From: Squalus acanthias | Taxonomy: Eukaryota | Assembly: GCA_030390025.1 (NCBI GenBank) | Contig: CM059432.1 | Location: forward strand, 132,248,001-132,312,000 | Direction of reading: 5' to 3' | Length of the DNA: 64,000 nt | Part shown: positions 12,570-24,244 of the stretch, in pieces | Layout: each line of letters starts with the position of its first letter | Position numbering within the stretch: the first letter of the stretch is position 1 | Notes under the pieces: model-generated | What the model saw: the letters and a program-made list of their open reading frames with translations, nothing else | Told to the model about the DNA's origin: nothing | Databases searched by the model: none | Position numbers and translations under genes: made by a program

Positions 12570-13185
12570 TGTTATTGTGTCCAATTCTGGGCACCGCACT
12601 TTAGGAAGGATGTGAAGGCCTTAGACAGGGTGCAGAAAAGATTTACAAAAATGGTTCCAGGGATGAGGGACTTCAGTTACGTGGATAGACTGGAGAAGCT
12701 GGGGTTGTTCTCCTTAAGAGCTGAGAAGATTGAGAGGAGATTTGATAAAGGTGTTCAAAATCATGAGGGGTCTAGACAGAGTAGATAGAGAGAAACTGTT
12801 CCCATTGGCGGAAGGGTCGAGAACCAGAGGACACAGATTTAAGGTGATTGGCAGGAGAACCAAAGGTGACGTGAGGAAAAGCTTTTTTACACAGTGAAAG
12901 AAAGACTTGCATTTATATAGCGCCTTTCACGACCACCGGACATCTCAAAACGCTTGTGCAAGAACAGCGAGTGGTTATGATCTGGAAAGCACTGCCTGAA
13001 AGGGTGGTGGAGGCAGATTCAATCATGGCTTTCAAAAGGGAATTGGAAAAGTACCTGAAGGAAAAAAATTTGCAAGGCTACAGGGAAAGGGCGGGGGAGT
13101 GGGACTAGCTGAAGTGCTCTGCAGAGAGCCGCATGGGCTCGACAGGCCGAATGGCCTCCTTCCGTGCTGTAACCATCCTATGATT
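12570..13185 (+). mobile_element. CR1 LINE 3' portion with a short antisense SINE tail inserted (about 12895-12955)
   Basis: YCVQFWAPHFRKDVKALDRVQKRFTKMVPG. Confidence 0.9.
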
Positions 13186-13630
13186 ATATGAAGGGCCTGT
13201 GGATCTCTTGCCTGTAAGTTCAGCTCAGAACTGATGTTAAGGCGACGAAGCCTTCGCATAACCCAGCAACACCACTGTTGTTGTCTGAAGGCTGCCGTCA
13301 GCCTGACAGAGAAGAAGGCGAACAAACAGAAGTTTCAGGAATATCTGATTGCTACCCATTTCAGCTAAGGGAATATGTCCAATGCCAAATAATAGCCTCT
13401 ATTGGTCTGGCTGATACCAGGTTACACGGACTCACTCATCAAAATAACACAGCACCTATAGGAAACATTACACTGACTTATACATTACAATTGCAGGATA
13501 CAATAAATCTTTCTCCTTTTTGTCACATCAGCCACTGTTCCTATAGATAATCTTACTGTTGCTGATCTCCCATCAGAAATACATTTAATAGAAAGGGCAT
13601 AAAGAAATATCCTGATATAAACAAATTTAT

Positions 13631-13930
13631 TGGCCCTGAATTTCCTCGGCGACTGGGGTGGCATTGGCAGGGTGGGTGTGGACTATTGGGAGTGGGAGGT
13701 CGGGCGGGACCTGTTTGGGCTGGGTCTCAGCCATGTTCCATGATACCCTGGGGTTTCTTGCATCCACTTCCTTTCAGCCTGACACCGGGAATTTTGGTGA
13801 GATCGATGGGATGATACCATCCGCTGGAATCCTTGCTAATCCTCCCCAAATATACTTGCGCGTCACATGCAATATTGGACCTTCGGCACCCGCTGTAAAT
13901 CAGGCACAGCGCGATCGAATTTCTCGGCCC
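13631..13930. mobile_element. Probable MITE
   Basis: Imperfect termini ggccctgaattt / gaatttctcggccc. Confidence 0.45.
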
Positions 13931-14233
13931 ATATGTTTATTAGCCTTTGCTCCCTTTTTTAAACAGAGAAAAGCAATAAAGTTTCATGGCAGCTTTGCTA
14001 AATATGCCAAAAATCCAACAAGCCTCATTGATAAAGTTAAACATCCATTACAGCAAAAGAAGGAAGTTTGAGCAACTGTTATGGGACAGATTAAAAGCTT
14101 ATTTCTGACTGTTTATCTAATTTTTGATTGTGTCTCATTACTAATGTTTCTTATCAGAAAGTATATATTTTCAATGCCTGTTGGCCAAGCAAGCATCTTG
14201 TCAGAAGTTACTGAAAGTTTATTAAAACATAAT

Positions 14234-14988
14234 GGCCAAGAGTTTCCGCTTTGAGCGCAAGCAGCAATCTGGGCGCAAATTGCGCTCAAAATTGCGCTAG
14301 TTTTCCAAAGTGAATTTTTTGCTCAAGTTTCTGCTCAAACTCATTTACATTTCGCCAAATGTAAAATCTGCCATGAACCAGCGCCATCGGGCCACGTTTT
14401 AGGATGTAATTTTGTTTTCAAAAAATGTTTGCATTAATAAATATTCCTTGCTATATTTAAGAGTAGTAACCTGGTGCAGTTTTATTAATACAGCTGAAAA
14501 TTGGTTAAACATAAAAAATAGGCCTTTTTTAATCAGTGTCCAGTCCACCACCTGTGAGTAACCCGATTTTAAATAACAGAACATGATTTTAAAAAACTAT
14601 ACAGAACCATTTATTAGTTACATTGGTGAACAGGAGTCGGTTTCCTGGTAAATTGAAAAAAATATTTGAAAGCTTTTAAAGCGTGCCTATTGGTGTCCTT
14701 CCGCCTATAAAAAGACTTCATTGTAAGAGCCTCCTCAAAGGCCCGTAAACGGGCTCAGTTAGCAGAAACTTGCAATGGTGATTAATTCGATCTGGGGACG
14801 TGGCCAGTTTAGTGGGCGGGGCCGGATTCTAGCGCAATGTTTTTTAAACCAGCACAAAAGATCGCGAGAACTCGATTGGCACTGGGCGTAATCTGCGCTT
14901 GAAATTCCTCGATCTTTTGCGCCAGTTTGGCTGAGATTGGGTGAATTGCGCTGAAAATACCAGCACAACCGAGCGGAAACTCCAGCCC
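14234..14988. mobile_element. MITE (AT-rich core, GC-rich subtermini)
   Basis: ggccaagagtttccgct / agcggaaactccagccc; cataat on both flanks. Confidence 0.65.
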
Positions 14989-15451
14989 ATAATGTTTTTA
15001 AAAATGTTATCTAAAATTCCATTGTGCAAAGCACTCTACATTCATATCTGAATTCCCAATCTCGTGCGCATTCCATGTCCAAACACAACATTTCCTGCCA
15101 ATTATTTATGTGTACTGAATATTGTTGATCCATTATATAAATTCACCTGGAGATAGCAACCCATCCAATGTCTAATCTTTTGCATATAAATATCTTCTTG
15201 GTATGGATTATCATAATCATTTTTTTGTACCACAATAATGCGTTTCTTTCTTCCAAGCGACATTAAGTTGTAGAAGGGCACACTAAATGGTCTGAGATAC
15301 AGATATCGCCAATTGCTCATCTTTGCATTCATATTTATGGCAGCACTGATTACAAACATAACATTTCTTTATTCTTATTAGTTATATTGTGAAATTTATT
15401 AATTTTGCAAGTTCTCTCTCTTCCTTTCTTTCCATGTGCCAGCGTAAATGA

Positions 15452-15528
15452 TGCGGAGATGCCGGTGTTGGACTGGGGTGGACAAAAGTGAGAAGTCGCA
15501 CAACACCAGGTGTTGTGCGACTTCTCAC
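15452..15528. mobile_element. 77-bp Penelope-derived fold-back insertion
   Basis: Same start as the 6609 element; 41-bp palindrome at 15488-15528; 13-bp direct repeat ccagcgtaaatga at 15439-15451 and 15528-15540. Confidence 0.85.
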
Positions 15529-16524
15529 CAGCGTAAATGAGGCATTGGTAACCCAGTGCTATCTCCATGCCACTGAAAGAAAAAGCCCCCACCTTTATAT
15601 TGACCAGAGGAATGTTAATCTCAGGCTTGTTATATTGTCACGATAGAAAATTTCAACCTCCATGACCCATACACTGCTTATTCAAGTGTCCTGACATATC
15701 GAATTGGCCTGTCACATAGATTGGACAAAAAATGTATGATACATACCTCTAAATAAGCCTTGGTGTGTAGTGAATGTAAACTGCACAATTTGTACCTTAT
15801 AGATTACACTCAGTTTGTTACTCTGAATTTGAAAAACCAACAAAAATCAATATTAAAGAAAGTGGAATCAAACAAATCAGTTTTCATGTTAACATTTTGT
15901 CCCTTGTCTTTTCACCCATGAGCACCCTTGTTTACATACAAAACTGACAGGCAGGAAAAGACCAGCTGGTCCATCAAGCCTGCCCAACAACATGGTGGCC
16001 AGAGCATCATGACTTCCTCCTCCCTCTTCCTCGCTCCCCCTCCCCCCCCCAACCTCGCCCCACAGCCATGTAATCTCCTGGGAGAGGCAAAAAATCGCAG
16101 AGAAAAAACCCAGGGCCAAAAAGGGAAGAAATACTCTGGAAAATTCCACTCTGACCCCCTCAGACGATTAAAAGCAGTCCAGGAGATCACATGGACCAAG
16201 TGCTACCTATATGATGCGATCTCTGCCCCAGTCAAGAATCGGTCCAACTCCATCTTGAAGGCATAAAGCTGATGGAATGAAAATGAAAATCGGACAGATT
16301 CTATCACGAGTGACCAATCCACAATGCCAATTTTACACCCAGGTAGGTGGCAAGTTGAAAATCTACCTCATCATTTCTACATTATTTCACTGTCTCTAAC
16401 TCTTTGATTCCTCACTTAAGGAAATTTGCATTTTCATTGCCACTGATTTTTTAAAATTTTGTTCAGCTGCATGTTTGAGAAGCCGTCGCCCTGCTTAAGA
16501 GTCTATAACAGGACTGAAGTAGAA

Positions 16525-17240
16525 AACAACAACAACAACAACAACAGCTTGTATTTATATAGCGCCTTTAACGTAGTAAAACACCCCAAGGTGCCTCACA
16601 GGAGTATTATAAGATGAAAAAATTTGACACCGAGCCAGATAAGGAGAAATTAGGAGAGGTGACCAAAAGCTTGGTCAAAGAGGTCGGTTTTAAGGAGCGT
16701 CTTAAAGGAGGAAAGAGAGGTAGAGAGGTGGAGAGGTTTAGGCAGGGAATTCTAGAGCTTAGGGCCGAGCCAACAGAAGGCATGGCCACCAATGGTGGAG
16801 CGATTATAATCAGGGATGCTCAAGAGGGCAGAATTAGAGAAGCGCAGATATCTCAGGGGGTTGTGGGGCTGAAGGAGATTACAGAGATAGGAAGGGGCGA
16901 GGCCATGGAGGGATTTGAAAACAAGGATGAGAATTTTGAAATCAAGGTGTTGCTTAACTGGGAGCCAATGTCGGTCAGCGAGGGGTGATGGGTGAACGGG
17001 ACTTGGTGCGAGTTAGGACACGGGCAGCCGAGTTTTGGATGACCTCAAGTTTACGTAGGGTAGACCGTGGGAGGCCAGCCAGGAGTGCGTTGGAATAGTC
17101 AAGTCTAGAGGTAACAAAGGCATGGATGAGGGTTTCAGCAGCGGATGAGCTGAGGCAGGGGCGGAGACAGGCAGTGTTATGGAGGTGGAAATAGGTGGTC
17201 TTAGTTATGCTGCGGATATGTGGTCGGAAGCTTACTTCAT
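16525..17240 (-). mobile_element. L2-like LINE 3' portion
   Basis: FRPHIRSITKTTYFHLHN...SRLDYSNALLAGLP; (caa)n tail. Confidence 0.9.
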
Positions 17241-17409
17241 TGCTTGTAAAACATGTGGGAAGATTATAGGAGCAAACCTGCATCCCACAAATCCACATTG
17301 CCTCTGATCCAGTCTACTGCACCGCATTAACCTTTTCATTACGTTCTTGAGAACAGTCATTAAAAAATGCCGGACTTTTTTTTCTACAAAAAAAGAAATT
17401 GGAAAAAAA

Positions 17410-17660
17410 GAGGCGAGATGTGGAGAATTTTTTTACGCAGCCAGTTGTTGTGATCTGGAACGCCCTGCCTGAAAAGAGCAGTGGAAGCAGATTCAACAAT
17501 AACTTTCAGAAGGGGATCGGATAAATACTTGAAGGGGAACAAATTGCAGGGCTATGGGGAAAGGGCAGGGGAGTGGGACTAACAGGATAGCTCTTTCAAA
17601 GAGCCAGCACAGGCACGATGGGCCGAATGCCCTCTTTCTGTGCTGTATCATTCTATGATT
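17410..17660 (+). mobile_element. CR1 LINE 3' end
   Basis: Tail gggccgaatgccctctttctgtgctgtatcattctatgatt. Confidence 0.8.
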
Positions 17661-18214
17661 ATACCTTACAGACATTTTGCAGATAGTTTCTTTTTTTCCC
17701 CTAAAGATGGGAGGACAAGAGGCTAATTATAACAGGGCGGTGTGGAAATGTAGCGTCCCGTGGTGCTCCCATTGTTTTCAATGGGTGAATGCCAGCAGAC
17801 GCGTCACATTATTCCTCCTCAGCTGTAATAAAGCATTAAAAAGCAGGTAAATGGAAGAGTGGGAGGAGGTGGGACACACTGTGTGCTCTCACTTCACAAG
17901 AGTCTCCCTTTCAGGAGTCAGTGTTCTGACCTCCAGATTTATGGTAGGAAGACACAGCCATGGTCCTCCTAATTAGCGAGGTTGCTCTCATTAGGCAGCA
18001 GGCCATTGGAGGAAATGATTGATGAGCCGTCTTGTATAAACAAGACCAAAGTTAGTGTCAGAAAAACTTGTGTGAAGAGGAACAAAAGTGTAAGATTTAG
18101 GAGTAAGTCAGAGTCATTTGATTCCTGCAGGATGTGCCTCACAGCAGTATCGGGAAAGAGGGCTACAGATTGAAAGCAGTTACTAATTGTTTCAAAATGT
18201 AATTGTGAGAGAGT

Positions 18215-18800
18215 ATTTACAGCACAGAAACAGGCCATTCGGCCCAACTGGTCAATGCCGGTATTTATGCTCCACACGAGCCTCCTCCTGCCCTCCTTCA
18301 TCTAACCTCATCAACATACCCTTCTATTCCTTTCTCCCTCATGTGCTTATCTAGATTCCCCTTAAATGCATCTGTGCTATTCGCCTTAACTACTCCCTGT
18401 GGTAGCGAGTTCCACATTCTCACCACTCTCTGAGTAAAGAGGTTTCTCCTGAATTCCCGATTGGATTTATTAGTGACTGTCTTATATTTATGGCCCCAAG
18501 TTCTGGTCTTGACCGCAAGTGGAAACATCTTCTCTACGTCTATCCTATCAAACCCTTTCATAATCTTGAAGACCTCTTTCAGGTCACCCCTCAGTCTTCC
18601 CTTTTCTAGAGAAAAGAGCCCCAGCCTGTTGACTCTTTCCTGATAATTATAACCACCTTCTCAAGGGCAATTAGGGATGGGCAATAAATGCTGGCTTTGC
18701 ATAACTTCGCTGCTTTTCAGTTCTAGAAATGAACCCCAGTGCTTTGTTTGCTTTTTTATGGCTTTATTAACCTGCATCGCTACTTTTAGTGATTTGTGTA
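18215..18800 (-). mobile_element. CR1 LINE 3' portion
   Basis: MKGFDRIDVEKMFPL...FTQRVVRMWNSLP. Confidence 0.85.
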
Positions 18801-18809
18801 TTTTTTTTA

Positions 18810-19350
18810 ATTCCGTTGTGGAATGTGGGCATCGCTGGTAAGGCCAGCATTTACTGCCCATCCCTAGTTGCCCTTGAGAAGGTAGTGGTGAGCCGTCTTC
18901 TTGAACCGCTGCAGTCCGTGTGGTGAAGGTACTCCCACAGTGCTGTCAGGGAGGGAGTACCAGGATTTTGACCCAGCGACGATGAAGGAACGGCGATATA
19001 CTTCTAAGTCAGGATGGTGTGTGGCTTGGAGGGGAACTTGGAAGAGGTGGTGTTCCCATGCACCTGCTGCCCTTGTCCTTCTAGGTGGTTGAGGTCGTGG
19101 GTTTGGGAAGTGCTGTCAAAGAAGCCTTGGCGATTTGCTGCAGTGCATCTTGTAGATGGTACACACTACAGCCACGGTACACCGGTGGTGGAGGGAGTGA
19201 ATGTTTAAGGTGGTGGATGGGGTGCCAATCAAACGGGTTGCTTTGTCCTGGATGGTGTCAAGCTTCTTGAGTGTGTTGGAGCTGCACTCATCCAGGCAAG
19301 TGGAGAGTATTCCATCACACTCCTTACTTGTGCCTTGTAGATGGTGGATA
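18810..19350 (-). mobile_element. Non-LTR LINE 3' portion (second CR1-group family)
   Basis: TLKKLDTIQDKATRLIGTPSTTLNIHSLHHR; same family as 58340-59360. Confidence 0.8.
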
Positions 19351-19849
19351 GGCTCTGTACCCCCAGATCCCTCTGCTCCTCTACCCCATTTAGACACTTC
19401 TTTTCCACTGTAGTTGTGACATGAATTTCTCAAAGGTGCATCAGGTTTGCATGTGCAGTCTGCTCTTGATTGAAATTTTCTGACCATTCAAAATTCTTTT
19501 TAGAACTAACTTCCCACCCAGCTTACACATGTTATATATGTTCCTGAAAATAATTCATTTTTAAAATCTCTCTGTGAAGACCCCCAAAAACTTATCAATA
19601 ATCCTGAAATGTAAACCTGATATAGAATTGTTGCAGATTTCGGGCTCATGATATTTTATTGACAGGAAGGTGGTTGGGCAGGGACCATACTATCTGTTTT
19701 AGAAGAGCAATTAAATTGGTGATTGCTTGGGTGGGTGTCACTCCCTTTAGCAATGAACTGTGATGTTTATTAAAGGGTATTTTTCATAGCTCTGTAAAAC
19801 TATCAAAATCCATGTTTTCAGAGAAATGGAGCTATTACCTTATGAGCAC

Positions 19850-20330
19850 ACAGGAACAGGAGTAGGCCATTCAGCCCCCCGAGCCTGTTCAATGAGATCA
19901 TGGCTGATCTGTATCCGAACTCCATCCACCTGCCTTGGCTCCATATCCCTTTATACCCTTGGCTAGCAAAAAACTATCGATCTCAGATTTAAAATTGGTA
20001 AATGAGCTAGCACCTACTGCTTTCTGTGGGAGAGAGTTCCACACATCTAGCCACCCTGTGCTTGAAGAAGTGTTTCCTAAGTTCTCTCCTGATTTTAAGG
20101 TTATGTCCCCTTTTCCTAGACTCTCCCATCAGTGGAAAAAGTTTCTCTCTATCAATTCCTTTCAAAATCCTAAAAACCTCAATCAAATCACCCCTTAACC
20201 TTCTATATTCCAGGGAATACAAGCCTAGTTAACGTAATCTCTAACCCTTGGAGCCCTGGTAACTCTCTGGTGAATCTGCGCTGCACTCCTTCCAAGGCCG
20301 ATATATCCTTTCTAAGGTGCAGTGCCCAGA
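19850..20330 (-). mobile_element. CR1 LINE 3' portion
   Basis: YSLEYRRLRGDLIEVFRILKGID. Confidence 0.85.
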
Positions 20331-20666
20331 AATCCCTCCAGTTCTACTCTGATCCCGCTGCCTTCCTGCCATGTCCCAAACTTAACCTGCTCTTTTGAGC
20401 AGGTGAACAGGACACCCGCTTTAAACATGCATATCGGAACCGCGCTGCAATTTTAGTTGTCGGCCTGAGGTGGGTGGGGGGGGGGGGGGGGGGTGGGAGC
20501 AGTGACGGCTTCTCTGTCAGGAGCCGGAGTGTGGACAAGGAGATGCCCAGAAGGTAAGTTTTAAAGTTTTATTTTATGTTTCTCGTGGAAAGGAGTGCTC
20601 CACCGGGCCCCACAAGAAAGCCTTGGGCCTCCCTTGCGCTGTACACCCCCCTCCTTATCGTGGCGG

Positions 20667-20989
20667 GTCTCCCCCTCCCCTCAATCACAGCCCGAGTCTC
20701 CCCCCCCCCCCGATCACAGCCTGAGTCTCCCCCTCCCCCCGATCACAGCCCGAGTCTCCCCCTCCCCCCGATCACAGCCCGAGTCTCCCCCTCCCCCCAA
20801 TCACAGCCCGAGTCTCCCCCTCCCCCCAATCACAGCCTGAGTCTCCCCCTCCCCTCGATCACAGCCCGAGTCTCCCCCTCCCCCCAATCACAGCCTGAGT
20901 CTCCCCTCAATCACAGCCCGAGTCTCCCCCTCCCCTCGATCACAGCCCGAGTCTCCCCTCGATCACAGCCCGAGACTCCCCCTCCCCTC
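20667..20989. repeat. 29-bp C-rich minisatellite (about 11 copies) inside a GC-rich non-autonomous element
   Basis: Unit approximately gtctccccctcccccaatcacagcccga; period 29 measured between gatcacag motifs. Confidence 0.9.
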
Positions 20990-21861
20990 GGCTGCGGCCT
21001 CCTGCCTTCAGATACCCGCTTCTATACGCCGGCCAGGTAGTCAATCTTTATTTATTTGAATGAGGCTCTGACATTAAGCTCGGCTGGGCCGCCACGTCCC
21101 CGACCTTGCCGGGTTCATCATCCGCTACTGATCTCCCCCGCACTCCACCCCTGTATAAACCGAGGCCTTGATTTCACACGTAAACCAGGAAATTGCTGTT
21201 GGTGATATTAACATGTTCAATGACATTCATCTGGATTCTATTGTGACACATTAATTAATTTAATCAATGGGTCAATGCCTCCCCTCAAACAGCAGACAGG
21301 AATGTCATTTGAAAGTATTAAGCATTGTCTGCGAATATTTCTAACAATAAATTCTAAGCTTGAATTTCCTCGGCAATATTTGAGGATGGGACAAAATGAG
21401 TTAATCTGAATTTAAGCACCCCAAGTACCCATTAAGATATTTAGAAAGGCACAGAACAGATTGCAGGACGTTGTACTGCCGAAGAGGCAGCAGTAGTGAT
21501 TTCTGGAAAGAAAGAGGAAGCAAAATTATAAATTCCCAGTCTGGATTTTGTATATTCATAGAATGCATTGGCAGTGGTGCCCTTGAACACTGTTGCGAGT
21601 CCAAAGCTTCTGCATTCTCTAGCTCCTCCCAGCAGCTCAGGAAGGCCAGCAACTGCCTGTTTATTGAGGCACGAGCCACTTGTGGCAAGCAAGCTACCAG
21701 CTGCAGACACATTCTGCGCTGCAGGCAAACCTTTCACATTTTCAGCTGGGGACATAGCTAGAATCTGGCAGATCAGTAAGCTGAAGCACCTCAGCCAAAT
21801 TCCAGCTTGCACGTACATCAGCTTGCCCTTGGATTGAGCAAAGAAAGATGATGATATACAG

Positions 21862-22095
21862 GAAATAAAAACAGAAAATGCTGGAGAAACTCAGCAGGTC
21901 AGGCAGCGTCTGTGAAGAGAGAAACAGAGTTAACGTTTCAGGTCGATGACCTTTTGTCAGAACTGACGAAGGGTCATCGACCTGAAACGTTAACTCTGTT
22001 TCTCTCTTCACAGATGCTGCCTGACCTGCTGAGTATCTCCAGCATTTTCTGTTTTTATTTCAGATTTCCAGCATCTGCAGTATTTTCTTTTTGTA
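21862..22095. mobile_element. Head-to-head Penelope pLTR pair forming a 200-bp palindrome (21862-22061)
   Basis: 99-bp arms, 2-nt loop (aa at 21961-21962), about 4 mismatches; hammerhead cores on both strands. Confidence 0.9.
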
Positions 22096-22136
22096 TTAGA
22101 TGATATAAAGGAGTTCTGTTTAACAGGAGGTCTGGT

Positions 22137-22413
22137 GCATTGCAAGAAATTGCAAGTGCATTGCAGGAAATTGCAGGCGCGTTGCCGGAAATTGGAGGAG
22201 CATTGCAGGAAATTGCAGGAGCGTTGCAGGAAATTGCAGGCACGTTGCAGGAAATTGCAGGAGCGTTGCAGGAAATTGCAGGAGCGTTGCAGGAAATTGC
22301 AGGCACGTTGCAGGAAATTGCAGGAGCGTTGCAGGAAATTGCAGGCACGTTGCAGGAAATTGCAGGAGTATTGCAGGAAATTGCAGGAGCATTGCAGGAA
22401 ATTGCAGGAGCAT
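22137..22413. repeat. 21-bp minisatellite (about 13 copies)
   Basis: Unit gcgttgcaggaaattgcagga with an internal ttgcagga sub-repeat. Confidence 0.95.
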
Positions 22414-22724
22414 GGATGTGCATGGAGGAGGAGATGGGTATGGACCTGTAATGTCCCTCTGTCTCTGTGTCTCCATCTCTGATCTCAGGTGGGTCATCAG
22501 GAAAGGCGATGAGATGCTTCAACAAATAGGGAATGGAAAAAGCAGCATGATCTCTTCTTGTAGGAGTACAGAGCAGTGTTGAGTGTTGGTAGAAGACTGG
22601 GGAGTAGAGGTCTGGCATCTTGTCTGAGATTTGTACATAGGTAAGTAGAATGTACAGGGGAAGAATAAACAGTAAGTAATGAATTTCAGTGAGAGGAGGC
22701 TCACTAAAAAGCAAGTTTGTTTGT

Positions 22725-22918
22725 TGTGGTAACACAATACAGCTTCCTGTGACTCGAACTTTATTGCATCACTTCCTGTGATTAGTCCAGGATAAATACT
22801 GGACTGAGCAGTTGGATCCTGGAGAGGCATAGAGTAAGACCTCTTTTGTATGTAGCACCTTTTTAGTTGATTAAAGCTTACTTTAAGTTCACCACGCGTA
22901 AGGCTCATTCTTACGACA
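22725..22918 (+). repeat. 5' LTR
   Basis: tgtggtaa...ttacgaca (7/8 terminal inverted repeat); TATA-like gataaata at 22791-22798; attaaa at 22870-22875. Confidence 0.97.
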
Positions 22919-22996
22919 ATTTAATCAACTTTGAAAAACTTCGCACTCAAACTTTTTGGACGAACTCGGAACTAAGGATCCAGGGAATCACCCATC

Positions 22997-24244
22997 ATGG
23001 AAAACATCCTTAAACCATCGCGTCTTGACTTGGACCCAAACACCCCAGCAGCCGGTAAGGTGTGGAAACACTGGTATCGCACGTTTGACAATTTTCTCGA
23101 ATATTGCAAGGCTGATGATAACACAAAGTTGCGGATACTCATCAACTGTGTCACTCCGAATGTATTTCAGTATGTTGAGGAATGGGGCAGTTACGAGGAG
23201 GCAATTCGGACGCTTAAAAGACTATATACTAAGACACCGAATGAGGTCTATGCCAGACATCTACTAGCTACAGCCCAACAAGGGCCGGAGGAATCCATTG
23301 ATAAATTCCTCCAAGAGCTTCGCAGACTTAGTATGGACTGTAACTTTCAGGCGGCCTCAGCTGAGCTGTACCGTGAAGAAATGATCCGTGATGCTTTCAT
23401 CTGCGGGCTTGCCTCCCCATTTATACGCCAGCGTCTACTGGAAAGTAAGACACTTGAGCTTCAGAGAGCTTATGACATGGCTTGCTCTCTAGATCTGGCA
23501 AAAAGAAATGCAGACCTTTATACAGTGCCCAGACCTCGGTCTGCTGCCTTAACTACAGTCAGGCAATTTAAGAGGCCACAGGTGAACTCTATTAGGGAGG
23601 ACTTTATCCCTGACGATCAATCTGATGACTTCACTGATGAAGAGGATGATGACCCCACTGTGGCAGCCTCTTGGCAATCTAAGAAATGCTTCTTTTGTGG
23701 TGATGAGTTTCACCCTCGGAAATTCTGCCCTGCTCGCAATGCGTTTTGCAGTCATTGCAACAAAAAGGGTCATTTTGCAAAGGTTTGCCTATCAAGAGCC
23801 TCTACGAGGGCTTATCAAGCTAAGTCCTACCGAACTGCCCCGGTAAGGGCCTATCAAGATGTTCCGGCTAAAATCTATCGTGCTTCCTCTCGGGTTTTCT
23901 CTCGAAGAAACACACCTAGAGTTTCAGCCACTCTTTGTGCAACGACACCAATTACAGCTGCTTGTCCTCAGAACCTATTCCATGCAGCTACAAAAGCATC
24001 AATTAATGGACATACTTTAGATGCCTTAATTGACTCAGGTAGCACTGATAGTTTCATTAGGGAACAGATTGTTGCAGAGTTAAAGCTACATGTTTTCCCA
24101 TCGGACCAGGCAATTGCGATGGCTCAGTCATCACTTAATACCAGAATTTCTGGCTTTTGTATGGTTGAAATAACACTTAATGGTCGCAGGTATCCCTCCA
24201 CCCGGCTTTCGGTGCTCAAGGACTTATGTAGTGATCTTATCTAA
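22997..24244 (+). CDS. Gypsy Gag plus aspartic protease, ending at an in-frame TAA
   Basis: Two CCHC knuckles CFFCGDEFHPRKFC and CSHCNKKGHFAKVC; protease ALIDSGST; stop falls within SDLI*GLDF. Confidence 0.92.
   Translation: MENILKPSRLDLDPNTPAAGKVWKHWYRTFDNFLEYCKADDNTKLRILINCVTPNVFQYVEEWGSYEEAIRTLKRLYTKTPNEVYARHLLATAQQGPEESIDKFLQELRRLSMDCNFQAASAELYREEMIRDAFICGLASPFIRQRLLESKTLELQRAYDMACSLDLAKRNADLYTVPRPRSAALTTVRQFKRPQVNSIREDFIPDDQSDDFTDEEDDDPTVAASWQSKKCFFCGDEFHPRKFCPARNAFCSHCNKKGHFAKVCLSRASTRAYQAKSYRTAPVRAYQDVPAKIYRASSRVFSRRNTPRVSATLCATTPITAACPQNLFHAATKASINGHTLDALIDSGSTDSFIREQIVAELKLHVFPSDQAIAMAQSSLNTRISGFCMVEITLNGRRYPSTRLSVLKDLCSDLI

Noticed and set aside
21912..22103. Mirror-image ORFs MKRETELTFQV on both strands
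   Set aside because: Artefact of the DNA palindrome
22137..22413. CRISPR-like array
   Set aside because: Contiguous tandem units with no unique spacers; eukaryotic context and no cas genes
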